A stretch of 28,448 nucleotides of DNA from a virus (Duplodnaviria; Caudoviricetes), in the IMG/VR virus record IMGVR_UViG_3300038317_000064, positions 1 through 28,448 of that record; one strand, given 5' to 3'. Positions 14,748 to 24,435 of the stretch are shown here, piece after piece. How positions within the stretch are numbered: position 1 is the first letter of the stretch; the number at the start of each line of letters is the position of its first letter. The notes under the pieces were generated by a model. The model did not search any database and was not told where the DNA came from. It saw only the letters and a list, made by a program, of their open reading frames with translations. Both the position numbers and the translations under genes were made by a program.

Positions 14748-16056
14748 TGATTGGTGCATAATTATCTGTTGTTTCGTAAAATCTCGTTGTCTTTGCATCA
14801 AATCCGCAAATAAACTTCAATAACCCTATGTTCCTTCCCTTTGCAATGTCTATCATTGCCGTTCCACTTGTCGAAGCATTGGCGAACGGCTCAGGGTAGA
14901 ACTTTCCGTAAACTTCTGGCCTGTAAACGAACATAACTACGTCTGCGGCCTCCGCTATCTGTCCTGAATCCCTTAGTCTGTTCAAGTTGGGTATAGGATT
15001 TTGGCTATCCCTGTTAAGTTGTGAAATAGCAATAACCCATATATCCAACTCTTTTGCAAGGTTTTTTAATCGTCTCGCAACGTCTCCCATAGCCTGCTCC
15101 TTGTTTTGAGACTTCTGGTTTACGTTAAGAATCTGCAAATAGTCTATAACCGCACCGGATATGTCGTACTTCTGCTTCATGCTCCTTATTGAAGCTATTA
15201 TCTTATCAATGTTTGATGTGGAGCTGTCGTCAAAGTAAATAGGCATTCCGTTTATCCGGTTCACCCCTTCATCAAGAATCCTTAAATAGTCCGAGTCAAG
15301 ACGTGAATAAAGTATCTGGTTTGATGGAACTCCGGTATTCATTGACAAAAGTCTTGCGGCTAACTGCCGTGATGTCATCTCCATTGAATAGATGGCCACC
15401 GCCTCGCCTGATTTTGCAGCACTATCCGTTATGGCCAAACTTAAACTCGTCTTTCCTGATGATGTTTCGCCGGCTACTATTATCAGGTCACTTTTCTGCA
15501 ATCCTCCCGAAGCCTTGTTTATCTCTGAAAATCCGGTATCCGTTCCTGTTAGCGAATCACCTTTAAGGTTACATTCTATCTGCTTGTAAACGTCGTTAAT
15601 CGCATCGCTTAGTCTCAATACTTCCGATTTGGAAACGTCATGTGTAACCCCCGACAATTCGCCCTGTAAGCTGTAAAGTATATCCCCTGTATCCTTTGAG
15701 CCGAATATGTCCGCGGATACCTGTTGACCTAACAACCACAACATTCTTCTTACAAACTTGTCTTGAATGTTTAAGGCGTGATCGTAATAATCGATTGAAA
15801 AATGGCTTGATATGTCTGCTATCTTCATAATAGCATCCGATGAGCCTACGTACTTTTCGCTCAACATCACTATATCGGGTGCTTTTCCTCTTTTGCTCAA
15901 CGAAGTGATGGTTTCGTATAAATCCTTGTGAAACGGATCGTAAAACATCTCCGGTGTGAGTATCGGTGAAACTTCCGAATAGGCATTTGTATCTGAAAGT
16001 ATCGAACCGATCACTATCTTTTCGCTGTCTAAATTGTGAGGTAGTATTTTATCCAT
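14731..16056 (-). CDS. dnaB: Replicative DNA helicase
   Basis: PHNLDSE, TGF..., LIIVAGETSSGKT, SMEM, IDYLQ, LKNLAKEL, SQLNR, LRDSGQI...AD, IAKGRN. Confidence 0.96.
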   Translation of the reverse strand: MDKILPHNLDSEKIVIGSILSDTNAYSEVSPILTPEMFYDPFHKDLYETITSLSKRGKAPDIVMLSEKYVGSSDAIMKIADISSHFSIDYYDHALNIQDKFVRRMLWLLGQQVSADIFGSKDTGDILYSLQGELSGVTHDVSKSEVLRLSDAINDVYKQIECNLKGDSLTGTDTGFSEINKASGGLQKSDLIIVAGETSSGKTSLSLAITDSAAKSGEAVAIYSMEMTSRQLAARLLSMNTGVPSNQILYSRLDSDYLRILDEGVNRINGMPIYFDDSSTSNIDKIIASIRSMKQKYDISGAVIDYLQILNVNQKSQNKEQAMGDVARRLKNLAKELDIWVIAISQLNRDSQNPIPNLNRLRDSGQIAEAADVVMFVYRPEVYGKFYPEPFANASTSGTAMIDIAKGRNIGLLKFICGFDAKTTRFYETTDNYAPINETPF

Positions 16057-16726
16057 ATTCTTTTTTTGCCCAGTTTTGGAATGTAAGGTTTACGGACACA
16101 TACCTTTTTGGTGAATCCTTATAATTTGACATATCAGTTAATATTTTGCGAATTTGCTCCCCGTTGTATTTTTCGGTTAATCTTTTATATTCGTCAAGAG
16201 TTATCTGATCTCTTATTTTTCTCAGGTATGGAATGTTTTTATCTATCCATTCGTTGAATCGGTCGAACTCTTTTTCTTTTTCAGATTTTTCGCTTATATA
16301 TGTATTCTTCTTTTCATTATTATCATTATTATCATTATTGTTTGGGTCGGCTTGCGTTTGCGTTGCGTTCGGCTTGCGTTTGCGTTGCGTTTGCGTTGCG
16401 TGCGGCAAAGTCTGGTAATCATCATAATTTAAGATAGTTATCCGTGTGGTAACCGTGATGTTTTCCGTGCGTAACATTGAGTCATTTTTGAGCAGGTCGA
16501 AAAAACTTCTTACCGTGCTTTTTGATACTCCCCACCGCTTCGACCACCCCTGTAAACTTCTTATACTTTGTCCTCTTTTACACTCAATCAATTGCATCCC
16601 GATATTGACTGTTCCATCGGCATGGTTGGCCTCCAAAATCATATCAATCCACCATCTTAACTTTACAGGGTCTTCCCAAATCCAATGGCTTCTTATTTTT
16701 CGGTGAAGCATTATCCATCCTTCCAT
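16049..16726 (-). CDS. Phage replication initiator (lambda O / replisome-organizer-like)
   Basis: GWI.LHRKI..HWIW, AN, RGQ..S...S.RW, ITILNY..YQ and a low-complexity linker carrying DNA repeats; adjacent to dnaB. Confidence 0.85.
   Translation of the reverse strand: MEGWIMLHRKIRSHWIWEDPVKLRWWIDMILEANHADGTVNIGMQLIECKRGQSIRSLQGWSKRWGVSKSTVRSFFDLLKNDSMLRTENITVTTRITILNYDDYQTLPHATQTQRKRKPNATQTQADPNNNDNNDNNEKKNTYISEKSEKEKEFDRFNEWIDKNIPYLRKIRDQITLDEYKRLTEKYNGEQIRKILTDMSNYKDSPKRYVSVNLTFQNWAKKEYG
16314..16401. repeat. Probable replication origin: iterons plus AT-rich repeats
   Basis: Five 11-bp units ending TTGCGT (16347-16401; the 22-mer TCGGCTTGCGTTTGCGTTGCGT occurs twice), next to TCATTATT(A) x3 (16314-16339). 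Confidence 0.75.
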
Positions 16727-16806
16727 GTTTTCCGTTTAGTTTGCTTAATACAATATCCATAACCTTGTATATGTGTTGAATCTTTCCAGATCGTACTTCA
16801 TTCATA

Positions 16807-17307
16807 TCAAAACCTCTTATACCCTATCAATCCATTTTTCAAAGCATGTGTCAGCGCAACCGCCAAAGCCGGGAACATGTGCGAGTTTATCCCGTAAAGC
16901 GGGCCGGGCTGTTTCTTCGTTCCGATACTCGGCTCTTTTCCGCCACCGGCTTTAGGGAACATGTCTAAAAGTGCCCTGCGTATCATTGCATCCTTTACAT
17001 TCGAGTTGAAACAGATTGCAGGATTTATGTCTGTCTTTTTGTAGTATCTGAAAGACGGTTTAAAAAATCCCTCCGACCTGCACACGAACCTACCTATCCA
17101 ATATACCGTTTCAAACGTCTCCTTTCCAACAGGCATTCCATAAGAAGCGACCATCTCGATTGACAACACGTCAAAATCAAAGACGGCTATTGCATCTAAA
17201 ACCTTTTCGTTATTCCATATCCCCTTGTCGATTATTGAGTGATTTTCCGTGTCGTATATCACCCATCCCGATTCAGTTGTGCCGGGATCAATTCCTAATA
17301 TCTTCAT
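16807..17307 (-). CDS. RuvC-like Holliday junction resolvase
   Basis: ILGIDPG...SGW, SIE and C-terminal ALAVA motifs of the RNase H-fold RuvC family. Confidence 0.75.
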   Translation of the reverse strand: MKILGIDPGTTESGWVIYDTENHSIIDKGIWNNEKVLDAIAVFDFDVLSIEMVASYGMPVGKETFETVYWIGRFVCRSEGFFKPSFRYYKKTDINPAICFNSNVKDAMIRRALLDMFPKAGGGKEPSIGTKKQPGPLYGINSHMFPALAVALTHALKNGLIGYKRF

Positions 17308-17684
17308 AGCCCCTTCTCCTTTTTCAACCGTTTAACTTCCCTTTTGTAATGCTTTGTCATTTCTTTAATTTCATACGGCGTAAACTTCGTTACAGTCGTT
17401 TTAAGCATCGTTAGTTTGTCGATGATGTTATCTCCATATTCACGAATCAAATGTGCCTCATAAGCCTCCAGATTGCCGTTCTGATACATGTTGCACGGCG
17501 GGCACCCTGCATTTACGTTTTCTTCGTTGAACCTCGTTCCCAAATGTCGCCTGTTCATGAAGTGCATCGCCTGTGCGTTAGTCCAATGTATAGGGTAATT
17601 GCAACAGTAACAATGAACATATCCGTTTGCATCTGCATCACGAAGTCTCACGTACTCGCTGAAAATTTTATCAAGTTTTTCCAT
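17304..17684 (-). CDS. ninG: NinG/Rap-like endonuclease
   Basis: LD..FS.YVRLRD...C..C...H...R.....RF.E.N....C..CN. Confidence 0.88.
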   Translation of the reverse strand: MEKLDKIFSEYVRLRDADANGYVHCYCCNYPIHWTNAQAMHFMNRRHLGTRFNEENVNAGCPPCNMYQNGNLEAYEAHLIREYGDNIIDKLTMLKTTVTKFTPYEIKEMTKHYKREVKRLKKEKGL

Positions 17685-17864
17685 TCCTGTTTATTTCATT
17701 CAACCTTTTCGTTACTGCCAAAAACGCTCTTTCGTACATCTCCGCTTTGTGCTTCCAATAGTTTACCAACCTTATAAGGTATTTTATCTTACCACAGAAA
17801 CGCCCCTTTCGTCCCGGTTCTTATAAACTCTTGTCGCTTGTTTGAATAAGTCCAATTGCATCAT
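17671..17864 (-). pseudogene. Small gene split by an apparent 1-nt frameshift near 17803-17809
   Basis: Frame 1 MMQLDLFKQATRVYKNRDER.. stops at 17784; the -1 frame continues GRFCGKIKY...EMYERAFLAVTKRLNEINRNGKT* to 17671. Confidence 0.45.
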
Positions 17865-17924
17865 TTCAAAAAGTCTTTAATGTTGTCAATTCGTTTATAT
17901 CCCACATCGTACCGAAGTGCTCTG

Positions 17925-18143
17925 TCAGTTTTCTCCATTGCATCTTATTATTGTAAATTTGTCGCTCATTTTGTTCAGGTCTGTGTAAACGGCATACTCA
18001 ATACCTCCTACTTTCGCTATAGTAGCATAGCAATACTGCTTACCGTTGTTACTTATCCTGCCCTCCGAAACAACCAGTTCGATTAATCTCAATGCGTCCA
18101 AGTCGTCCAGATCGCTTTGATTGTTAATGATTAGCTTGTTCAT
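17925..18143 (-). CDS. Hypothetical protein (probable start 18143)
   Basis: V..GRIS..GKQYCY.T pattern. Confidence 0.7.
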   Translation of the reverse strand: MNKLIINNQSDLDDLDALRLIELVVSEGRISNNGKQYCYATIAKVGGIEYAVYTDLNKMSDKFTIIRCNGEN

Positions 18144-18153
18144 TATTGGTGTT

Positions 18154-18588
18154 TTAATAATTCGCCAACCCCCTCTCAAACTCCTCTTCTGAAATATGAG
18201 TTAGGATTATATTGTTAATTACATACTTTACATCCCTGTATAAATCCTGAAATTCGGACTCATCCATCTTATCGAATGCAACGCTTTTTGGTATATCCAC
18301 AAATGTTTTCAACTTATGGTTATATATCACGTCACAATATCCAGCGGACACCTCAAGTGATTTCCTGAAATATTCCCTGTTGTTGTGGTAAAACTCCTGT
18401 TGAGCTTCCGTCAGGTACTCCCATGCGCAGCCAAGTAAAGAGAAGTATTTTCGATGAAACGAAACGTTTCTGAAAATAGAAATGGAGGCAACATAAACTT
18501 GCCCCCTTTTCAACTTTTTCTTTTCTTCGTAATCCTCATCATACATTGGCTTTAACCCACCATCAGTATTGAGTAGTTTTAATTTCAT
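18154..18588 (-). CDS. DUF1367 / NinB-like protein
   Basis: RN..FHRKYF.LL...AGY...PKS.AF..MD..EF..LY. Confidence 0.8.
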   Translation of the reverse strand: MKLKLLNTDGGLKPMYDEDYEEKKKLKRGQVYVASISIFRNVSFHRKYFSLLGCAWEYLTEAQQEFYHNNREYFRKSLEVSAGYCDVIYNHKLKTFVDIPKSVAFDKMDESEFQDLYRDVKYVINNIILTHISEEEFERGLANY

Positions 18589-18767
18589 AGCCAGATAACC
18601 GCTCCGATAAACATCGCAATAAATCCCAGAATGATAGTCCCGATACGCTTAATACGTTCGCCTTTCGTTGCGTAGGTATCTTCCTTTAAAAGAGTAAATC
18701 CAACCGAAACAATGATCGTCCCGGCTACAAGGAAAACAAGTGTTATGAATAGTTTGTATAGTATCAT
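18585..18767 (-). CDS. Small two-TM membrane protein
   Basis: Two hydrophobic stretches; ATGA overlaps. Confidence 0.65.
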   Translation of the reverse strand: MILYKLFITLVFLVAGTIIVSVGFTLLKEDTYATKGERIKRIGTIILGFIAMFIGAVIWL

Positions 18768-19624
18768 TGAAACATCGTTTTTTGTGTTTTTTCAACCTCC
18801 ATTATTTTTATATTTCTAACCGCTTCGTCGAAATAAGACTTCTTTAGCTCGAACCCAATACCGAACCTATCCATTTTGATTGATTGGTAAACCTCTGAAC
18901 CGATACCCATAAATGGGGTTAAGACGGTGTCTCCTTTATTGCTCCACAACGCAATCGCCCTTTCAATGGTATCAAGTTGTAATGGGCAAATATGCTTCTC
19001 GTCTTTTTCAGACCGTGCATTCATTTTATTAAGCGTGTTGGAGTAGTCAATATCATACCAAACCGGACTTGCCCATTTCTGCCATGTATCTACATTTATA
19101 TCGCAACTAACAGGGTTTTGATGATCTCCGTCCTTTCTGAAAACCAAAAGATAATCGGGTATCCCTACACGGCTCATCGCACTATCTTTTTTTAGCTGTT
19201 TGTGAAGTAATCCTAATGCTTTTGTCCTTTGCATTTCAGTTACAGGGTTTTTCCAGATTGTTACTCTCGAATGATAAATAAACCCTGCATCTTCAAACGA
19301 TTTTAAAATCATTCCCGAAAAATCCCTTAATCCTATATATCCCTCTTTTCCTTTTTGAATAGGTAAATCCATGCAGTGAACAGCAACGTTTCTTCCGCTC
19401 CACATCACCCTGTAAAGCTCTTTAACCAAGAAATTAAAAGCGGTGAAGAACTCGTCGTAATCCTTTGAATTGCCCATATCTTCCAGCTCGTCCGAATAAA
19501 CGTAAAGCTCTGAAAATGGAGGACTGAATATTGAAAATCCTATCGTTTCGTCGGGGATCTGCTTTATCAACCTTACGCAATCTCCGTGATAAATGGCCGC
19601 TTTCTCTGAAATGTATGTATCCAT
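18764..19624 (-). CDS. DNA N4-cytosine/N6-adenine methyltransferase (beta-class motif order)
   Basis: GDC, catalytic SPPF, HICPLQ and SAM-binding PFMGIGS...G.ELK. Confidence 0.9.
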   Translation of the reverse strand: MDTYISEKAAIYHGDCVRLIKQIPDETIGFSIFSPPFSELYVYSDELEDMGNSKDYDEFFTAFNFLVKELYRVMWSGRNVAVHCMDLPIQKGKEGYIGLRDFSGMILKSFEDAGFIYHSRVTIWKNPVTEMQRTKALGLLHKQLKKDSAMSRVGIPDYLLVFRKDGDHQNPVSCDINVDTWQKWASPVWYDIDYSNTLNKMNARSEKDEKHICPLQLDTIERAIALWSNKGDTVLTPFMGIGSEVYQSIKMDRFGIGFELKKSYFDEAVRNIKIMEVEKTQKTMFQ

Positions 19625-20967
19625 GATGGTAATTCTATTTTCTCTGTTTTAGTCGATAATTTTAATTTTTTCTCTGTTTTTATGTTCCTGTTTGTCGCCC
19701 GGCTCATTTCAAGCTGCATCGTTTTAAACTGTCTTTGTTTTTTCATTATACTTTGCCTTACGTTCTGCATAGTGTCGGTTACAATCAGATAGCAGTTTAC
19801 TTGGTGTTGTTGTCCAAATCTATATGACCGCCTCATGCCTTGATAAGTCTTTTCAAAAGAAAAATCCAGACTTGCGAATATTTGGTTGTGGCAGTTCTGA
19901 TAATTCAACCCCATTGCACCTATTTTTAATTTTGTGATTAATACTCTGAATTTACCGTCTGCAAAACCAAGTAGCATTTCCTTCTTGTACTCTCTTTTAT
20001 CAGAACCCTTAACCTCTACCGCTTCAGGAATATACTTTCTGAGATACGCACCCTCTTTGTCGTGCCCTATCCAGATAATAAAAGATTCATCCGAAGAATT
20101 GGCTATCTCGATTGCCTTATCCAGTCTATATTCAACCGTATTCCTTAATTCTTTGTGAAAATCCGTTGCGCTTATAGCCAAATCATTGAATAACTGATAC
20201 TCTCTTTGCGGCGTTTCAATGAAAACCTCCTCCACGTTTAGAGGTGGAAGAATATACCCATCATCTGAAAAACCAATATCGGACGGAGTTGTTATCATTA
20301 AAGCCCATGAACTGACAAAATCCCAGAACACTCTTTCCGAATGCCCTTTCAGCCTCCATTTGGTCGTTTCCCCTCCATCATGCACGAAGTACATCGCTAG
20401 CATCTCATTCCTGCTCATCACGTCTAAGAACTCTGCATGGTTGCACAATTCCATTACGTCATTTGGTGATGGTGTTGCAGTACAGGCTAGTTTATAAGGT
20501 GTGTTCACAAATACATCTATCAGCTTCTGCTTTGTCTTACCATCGAAGTTTTTCAGTATTGAGGATTCATCCAATACGATTCCGCAGAACTCAAAAGGAT
20601 TTAAGTTGTCCAGATTTTCGTAATTGGTTATATAAATGCCATTCCCGGATGTTTCCGCTTCAATTTCAGAAACATTGTATCCGAATTTCAACCCCTCGTT
20701 TATTGTTTGTCCTACAACGGCCAACGGAGCAAGTATCAAAACTGGCTTCTTTTCCTTTTCTAATACTTTTTGCGACCATTCAAGCTGCATAACTGTTTTA
20801 CCCAGTCCGGTGTCTGCGAATAGCGCATACTTTCCAGCTTTCAACGCCCTTTTTACACAAAACTTCTGAAACGGAAACAGCATTTTATTCATATCGTTTT
20901 CATCAATATCAAATCCGCTGTTTATGTGTTCGATTTGCTTTGTCATCAAAAATTCCTCGTATGTCAT
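19573..20967 (-). CDS. SNF2-like SF2 helicase
   Basis: DTGLGKT, LDESS, TATP, G.GLN.Q, Q...R..RFGQ. Confidence 0.9.
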   Translation of the reverse strand: MTYEEFLMTKQIEHINSGFDIDENDMNKMLFPFQKFCVKRALKAGKYALFADTGLGKTVMQLEWSQKVLEKEKKPVLILAPLAVVGQTINEGLKFGYNVSEIEAETSGNGIYITNYENLDNLNPFEFCGIVLDESSILKNFDGKTKQKLIDVFVNTPYKLACTATPSPNDVMELCNHAEFLDVMSRNEMLAMYFVHDGGETTKWRLKGHSERVFWDFVSSWALMITTPSDIGFSDDGYILPPLNVEEVFIETPQREYQLFNDLAISATDFHKELRNTVEYRLDKAIEIANSSDESFIIWIGHDKEGAYLRKYIPEAVEVKGSDKREYKKEMLLGFADGKFRVLITKLKIGAMGLNYQNCHNQIFASLDFSFEKTYQGMRRSYRFGQQHQVNCYLIVTDTMQNVRQSIMKKQRQFKTMQLEMSRATNRNIKTEKKLKLSTKTEKIELPSWIHTFQRKRPFITEIA

Positions 20968-21101
20968 TTCGATTTAATTAAATATACTGTCCTTTCATCC
21001 ACTCTTTTACGTGAATACAATTTCAAATACATTTCGCCAACCGGGGCAAACTTTTTAGCGTCCTCCCTTAGCTTGTCCTTGTACTCATCCCAGTCACTCA
21101 T
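20964..21101 (-). CDS. Hypothetical 45-aa protein (below ORF-track cutoff)
   Basis: MSDWDEYKDKLREDAKKFAPVGEMYLKLYSRKRVDERTVYLIKSK*; ATGA overlaps at both ends. Confidence 0.6.
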   Translation of the reverse strand: MSDWDEYKDKLREDAKKFAPVGEMYLKLYSRKRVDERTVYLIKSK

Positions 21102-21346
21102 TTCCTGAACACCTCCCCGGCTCTCAATTTTGCACGTTGTTTCACTTCGGGCAGCTTTATATCAACGAATTCTTCAAGCGTCTGTAGCGGGTTTAAAATG
21201 CCCACCAACGCCTTGCCCGTATTGTTGAAGTTCGGTTCTGGAACTCTCTCACCCTTTATCACCGCATCACGCTTCAAGTCGGTGAGGATATATGTTCTGT
21301 TTCCTTGAATAAAGGTGTAGTAACCTTTGTATTCCTGCTTTATCAT
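21098..21346 (-). CDS. Hypothetical protein (probable start 21346)
   Basis: ATGA overlap with the upstream stop. Confidence 0.6.
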   Translation of the reverse strand: MIKQEYKGYYTFIQGNRTYILTDLKRDAVIKGERVPEPNFNNTGKALVGILNPLQTLEEFVDIKLPEVKQRAKLRAGEVFRK

Positions 21347-21891
21347 CCTTTTCTTATTTTTTCGAGGTGTTCTTTTGTGCCGTCCCATTTGACAGCGTAC
21401 CTCCACCAATCTCCATCGTCAACTACATACTTATACCTTTCATCAGGCCTTATACAAGCCAATATTCCAACTTTTGCTGTTTGAATGCTATCCCAATAAA
21501 TCACCCAATCCCCAACTTTCGGCTCATCGATCCACGGTTCGAGCCAGTTTTCGACACACTTTTTTTCGGCATTCCAACGCTTACCAACTTCCGCCAAAGC
21601 ATCGATTAATTCTTTCTTTTCGGATTCTGTGGCTAAACGAAAATCTCCACCGTCAGGCCAAAACCCTTCTTTGTCAAAATCCAACCCAATACGGTTCGAT
21701 TTGCTTGCATGGTAATAAAGACGGATACAGTTTCTCTTTCTGTATATGATTGTAATATTTTCACCATTCCAATCTGAATGTAAAAAGTCACCATCATTGT
21801 ACTTCGACTCTTCCACCAGTTCCATCAAACTGTCAACTCCCGATTCAATCTCTTTTAATCGGTAAATCTTATCGTTAAATTTTATTCTCAT
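21343..21891 (-). CDS. Hypothetical phage protein
   Basis: 182 aa; RLAT..EK..L..AL...GKRWNAEKK..E pattern that I associate with Bacteroidota phage proteins. Confidence 0.75.
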   Translation of the reverse strand: MRIKFNDKIYRLKEIESGVDSLMELVEESKYNDGDFLHSDWNGENITIIYRKRNCIRLYYHASKSNRIGLDFDKEGFWPDGGDFRLATESEKKELIDALAEVGKRWNAEKKCVENWLEPWIDEPKVGDWVIYWDSIQTAKVGILACIRPDERYKYVVDDGDWWRYAVKWDGTKEHLEKIRKG

Positions 21892-21906
21892 GTCTTTTGT
21901 TTTTAA

Positions 21907-22134
21907 TCATTTCACACTTTCCTGATTTTCCCTAATCTCCTTAAGCATGTTGAAAATACCGGATATTGTCTCACGCTCGTTCTCCTCGAAGTTTAAATAC
22001 TCGCCTCCGTACTTTAGGAAGTGATATGTTCTCTGCAGCACAAAAAAATTATGCGCAATGAAAATCAATGCGAACACAAACGGGGCAACTATAAGCCTGT
22101 AGACAAACCGCCTTTTATTAAATTTCCTGTTCAT
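21907..22134 (-). CDS. Small membrane protein
   Basis: One hydrophobic segment after a basic N-terminus. Confidence 0.65.
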   Translation of the reverse strand: MNRKFNKRRFVYRLIVAPFVFALIFIAHNFFVLQRTYHFLKYGGEYLNFEENERETISGIFNMLKEIRENQESVK

Positions 22135-22136
22135 GG

Positions 22137-22424
22137 CTAAAATGGTAAATCCCCGTTATCGTTAATTCCGCCTCTTCCAACTTTTTCACCCATCGGAGGC
22201 TCTTCTTTATGGTCCGCCTGTTTGTCTTTCGGCTGCCACTTATCGGAAAGAGTTATGTTAAAACCTTTTATTTTATCGGATTTTGGTATCCATAAAGTAG
22301 CATCCCATTCATTCCCAGACGGATCGATAACTTTTCCTTTTGCGTAGGGTTGATTACCGCCTTTTATATACTTTTCATTCTTAAAAATCGTGCCCTGACC
22401 GGGCTTGTGTGTGTAGTTGCTCAT
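22137..22424 (-). CDS. Putative single-stranded DNA-binding protein
   Basis: Acidic DLPF C-terminus; follows the Sak4-like ATPase and nuclease genes. Confidence 0.65.
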   Translation of the reverse strand: MSNYTHKPGQGTIFKNEKYIKGGNQPYAKGKVIDPSGNEWDATLWIPKSDKIKGFNITLSDKWQPKDKQADHKEEPPMGEKVGRGGINDNGDLPF

Positions 22425-23152
22425 ATCTCTCCAAATATTTTTTTATCAGTTATCAATTCTCTGTTGCTCTCTAAAAACTCAATTAATCTTTCGCAATGCT
22501 CAACCAAAAGAGGGATATCCCTTTCTGGAACAAATGAATACTGCTCAATATAAATCTTCTTGAAATCGGTTACCACATATTCAAAATCGCTGATCAGATT
22601 CCCGTTTTCGATGAGACAATATGGGTAAACCTTGTGCTGCCAATTGTCCTTAAACTTAAAAGCGTTGTATTTGCCCGTTGTTTTCAAATCACAGACCTTG
22701 AATGGTAATAGCTCGTCTATGTATCCATAAAGCTCTATCGTGCCGTATTTCGTCTCTAAAGGTGCTGAAACGTGAAGCTGCGGGATTGATTCCTTGAAGT
22801 AGTCTCTGATCTTTAAAGTCAAGTCCAAAGGAAACTCCCAGATATAGGATTTATACGCAGCGGCTATAACGCCTAAATCCTTATGAGTTTTGAACTCCAT
22901 TTCCTTTTCTGGCTTCTTTTTTAAAATCAGACAGTCGATCAGTTCGTTATAACAAGTACCCTTATCGGCCGCCTCGCTTTCAAAGGGCACTCTGTTTATT
23001 CTGTCTATCAAACCTTGAAACTGTTCCTGCTCGAATTCCTCCTCCGTCTTTTTTGGATTTTCAGAACCGCCCCAGTAAAGATTCCAGATTTTAAAGCTGT
23101 CTATGTAACCCTGAAAAGAATCCAACAAAGTAGCGTAAAACCTATACTTCAT
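22421..23152 (-). CDS. PD-(D/E)XK exonuclease
   Basis: A.KGT.....D...LYGYIDEL....VCDLKTT...WQ...Y. Confidence 0.8.
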   Translation of the reverse strand: MKYRFYATLLDSFQGYIDSFKIWNLYWGGSENPKKTEEEFEQEQFQGLIDRINRVPFESEAADKGTCYNELIDCLILKKKPEKEMEFKTHKDLGVIAAAYKSYIWEFPLDLTLKIRDYFKESIPQLHVSAPLETKYGTIELYGYIDELLPFKVCDLKTTGKYNAFKFKDNWQHKVYPYCLIENGNLISDFEYVVTDFKKIYIEQYSFVPERDIPLLVEHCERLIEFLESNRELITDKKIFGEI

Positions 23153-24080
23153 AACCTTTTCCCTTTACCCATTTAAGGTTTAGTTCGTCCGTCTTGGCTT
23201 TTAAAAGTGATCTCGCCATTTCCTTTGAGCTTCCTATGTGGTCGTAATCGTCAATCCTCGCCACAAAATCGTTAGCTAAATCAGCATCGGTAATTGCCGA
23301 AATATCGCTCTTGATTAACTCTACCACCTCCTTATATTTTTCGCCGTCGACTATCCTGTCTTTTAATCTTCTTATGTATGGCTCGATAACCTGAACGGAA
23401 AGAAAATTATTATCTGCAACGGGGTTTCCGTGTTCGTCGGTTATTGTGGGGATATCCATCACGCTTGGAAGATTACAGGTGTTTTTCCCGTCGTTTCTCG
23501 AAGTGGGGTCAAAAGTGATTGTTCTTTTTCTTCCAACGGCTTCCATGTATCCAACCAAATCCAATTCCGTAACCAATGAATCGTAGTTCGATCCACCGAA
23601 TAAAGGCACATATCTCATATCGTCACCGTCCTGTCTTGTTTCCCTGTGAGCGACAAAGACCAGGTGTTTTCCCATTATGGATATTTTTTTGATCAATGCG
23701 GAAAACATTGCCTTTCTTTCCCCGTATCCCTGCAATGTGAGCATCCCGTTAGCCCTGCCCATCTTTGAGTTCTTTTTTGTGATATACTCGCCCATATAGT
23801 CCAGAAGTTTACCACCAGTGTCGATTACAAGTGTTTCGTAAGGCTTTAAATCTTCCTTATCCAGCACGTCGATGAAGTTCTGATAGTTTTCTATCTGGAC
23901 CGTATCCACTCCATTCAAATGAGCGTAGTTAATCCTGTGCACCCCTCCATCGAAGTCAAATAAAAGTGGTTTTGGTGCTGAAATTGCAAGTGTGCTTTTT
24001 CCCGTTCCCGCTTGTCCGTAAATCAACGCTTTAATTTTAGCGTCAATGTTCAATTCGTTCGCTTTCTTTATTAAACTCAT
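23142..24080 (-). CDS. Sak4-like (AAA_24) recombination ATPase
   Basis: LIYGQAGTGKST, FDFDGG, TLVIDT, GYG, FVAH, DLVGYM. Confidence 0.88.
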   Translation of the reverse strand: MSLIKKANELNIDAKIKALIYGQAGTGKSTLAISAPKPLLFDFDGGVHRINYAHLNGVDTVQIENYQNFIDVLDKEDLKPYETLVIDTGGKLLDYMGEYITKKNSKMGRANGMLTLQGYGERKAMFSALIKKISIMGKHLVFVAHRETRQDGDDMRYVPLFGGSNYDSLVTELDLVGYMEAVGRKRTITFDPTSRNDGKNTCNLPSVMDIPTITDEHGNPVADNNFLSVQVIEPYIRRLKDRIVDGEKYKEVVELIKSDISAITDADLANDFVARIDDYDHIGSSKEMARSLLKAKTDELNLKWVKGKGYEV

Positions 24081-24090
24081 ATCCTTTAAT

Positions 24091-24435
24091 TTATAAATAA
24101 TGTGCTGTTGTCGCCCCCGCTCTCCACGGGTCGTAATAATTCAATACTTCATCCTCTTCCCTTTTTTCAGCCTCCTCAATCTCTCTTTTCTTTATAAGCG
24201 AGAATCTTTTTATGAAGAAGATCAACTCCTCCATGTCGAAGCTATCCGGCACCGAATTAACCGTCCTCCAATTCCCAGATTTTCGCTTTTCAATACGATT
24301 GAAGATTACGTTCAGGTCGTGATCTACGGTTATGTCCATCTTATAATTGCCGTCCACAATCTCATAGTCTCCGCAGTAATATGCGTTTTCGTCGATTGCT
24401 ATTATCGCATCGGCGATCATTCGTGATGTTGTCAT
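24091..24435 (-). CDS. Hypothetical protein (probable start 24435)
   Basis: A-rich context before MTTSR; the upstream extension overlaps hairpins. Confidence 0.65.
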   Translation of the reverse strand: MTTSRMIADAIIAIDENAYYCGDYEIVDGNYKMDITVDHDLNVIFNRIEKRKSGNWRTVNSVPDSFDMEELIFFIKRFSLIKKREIEEAEKREEDEVLNYYDPWRAGATTAHYL

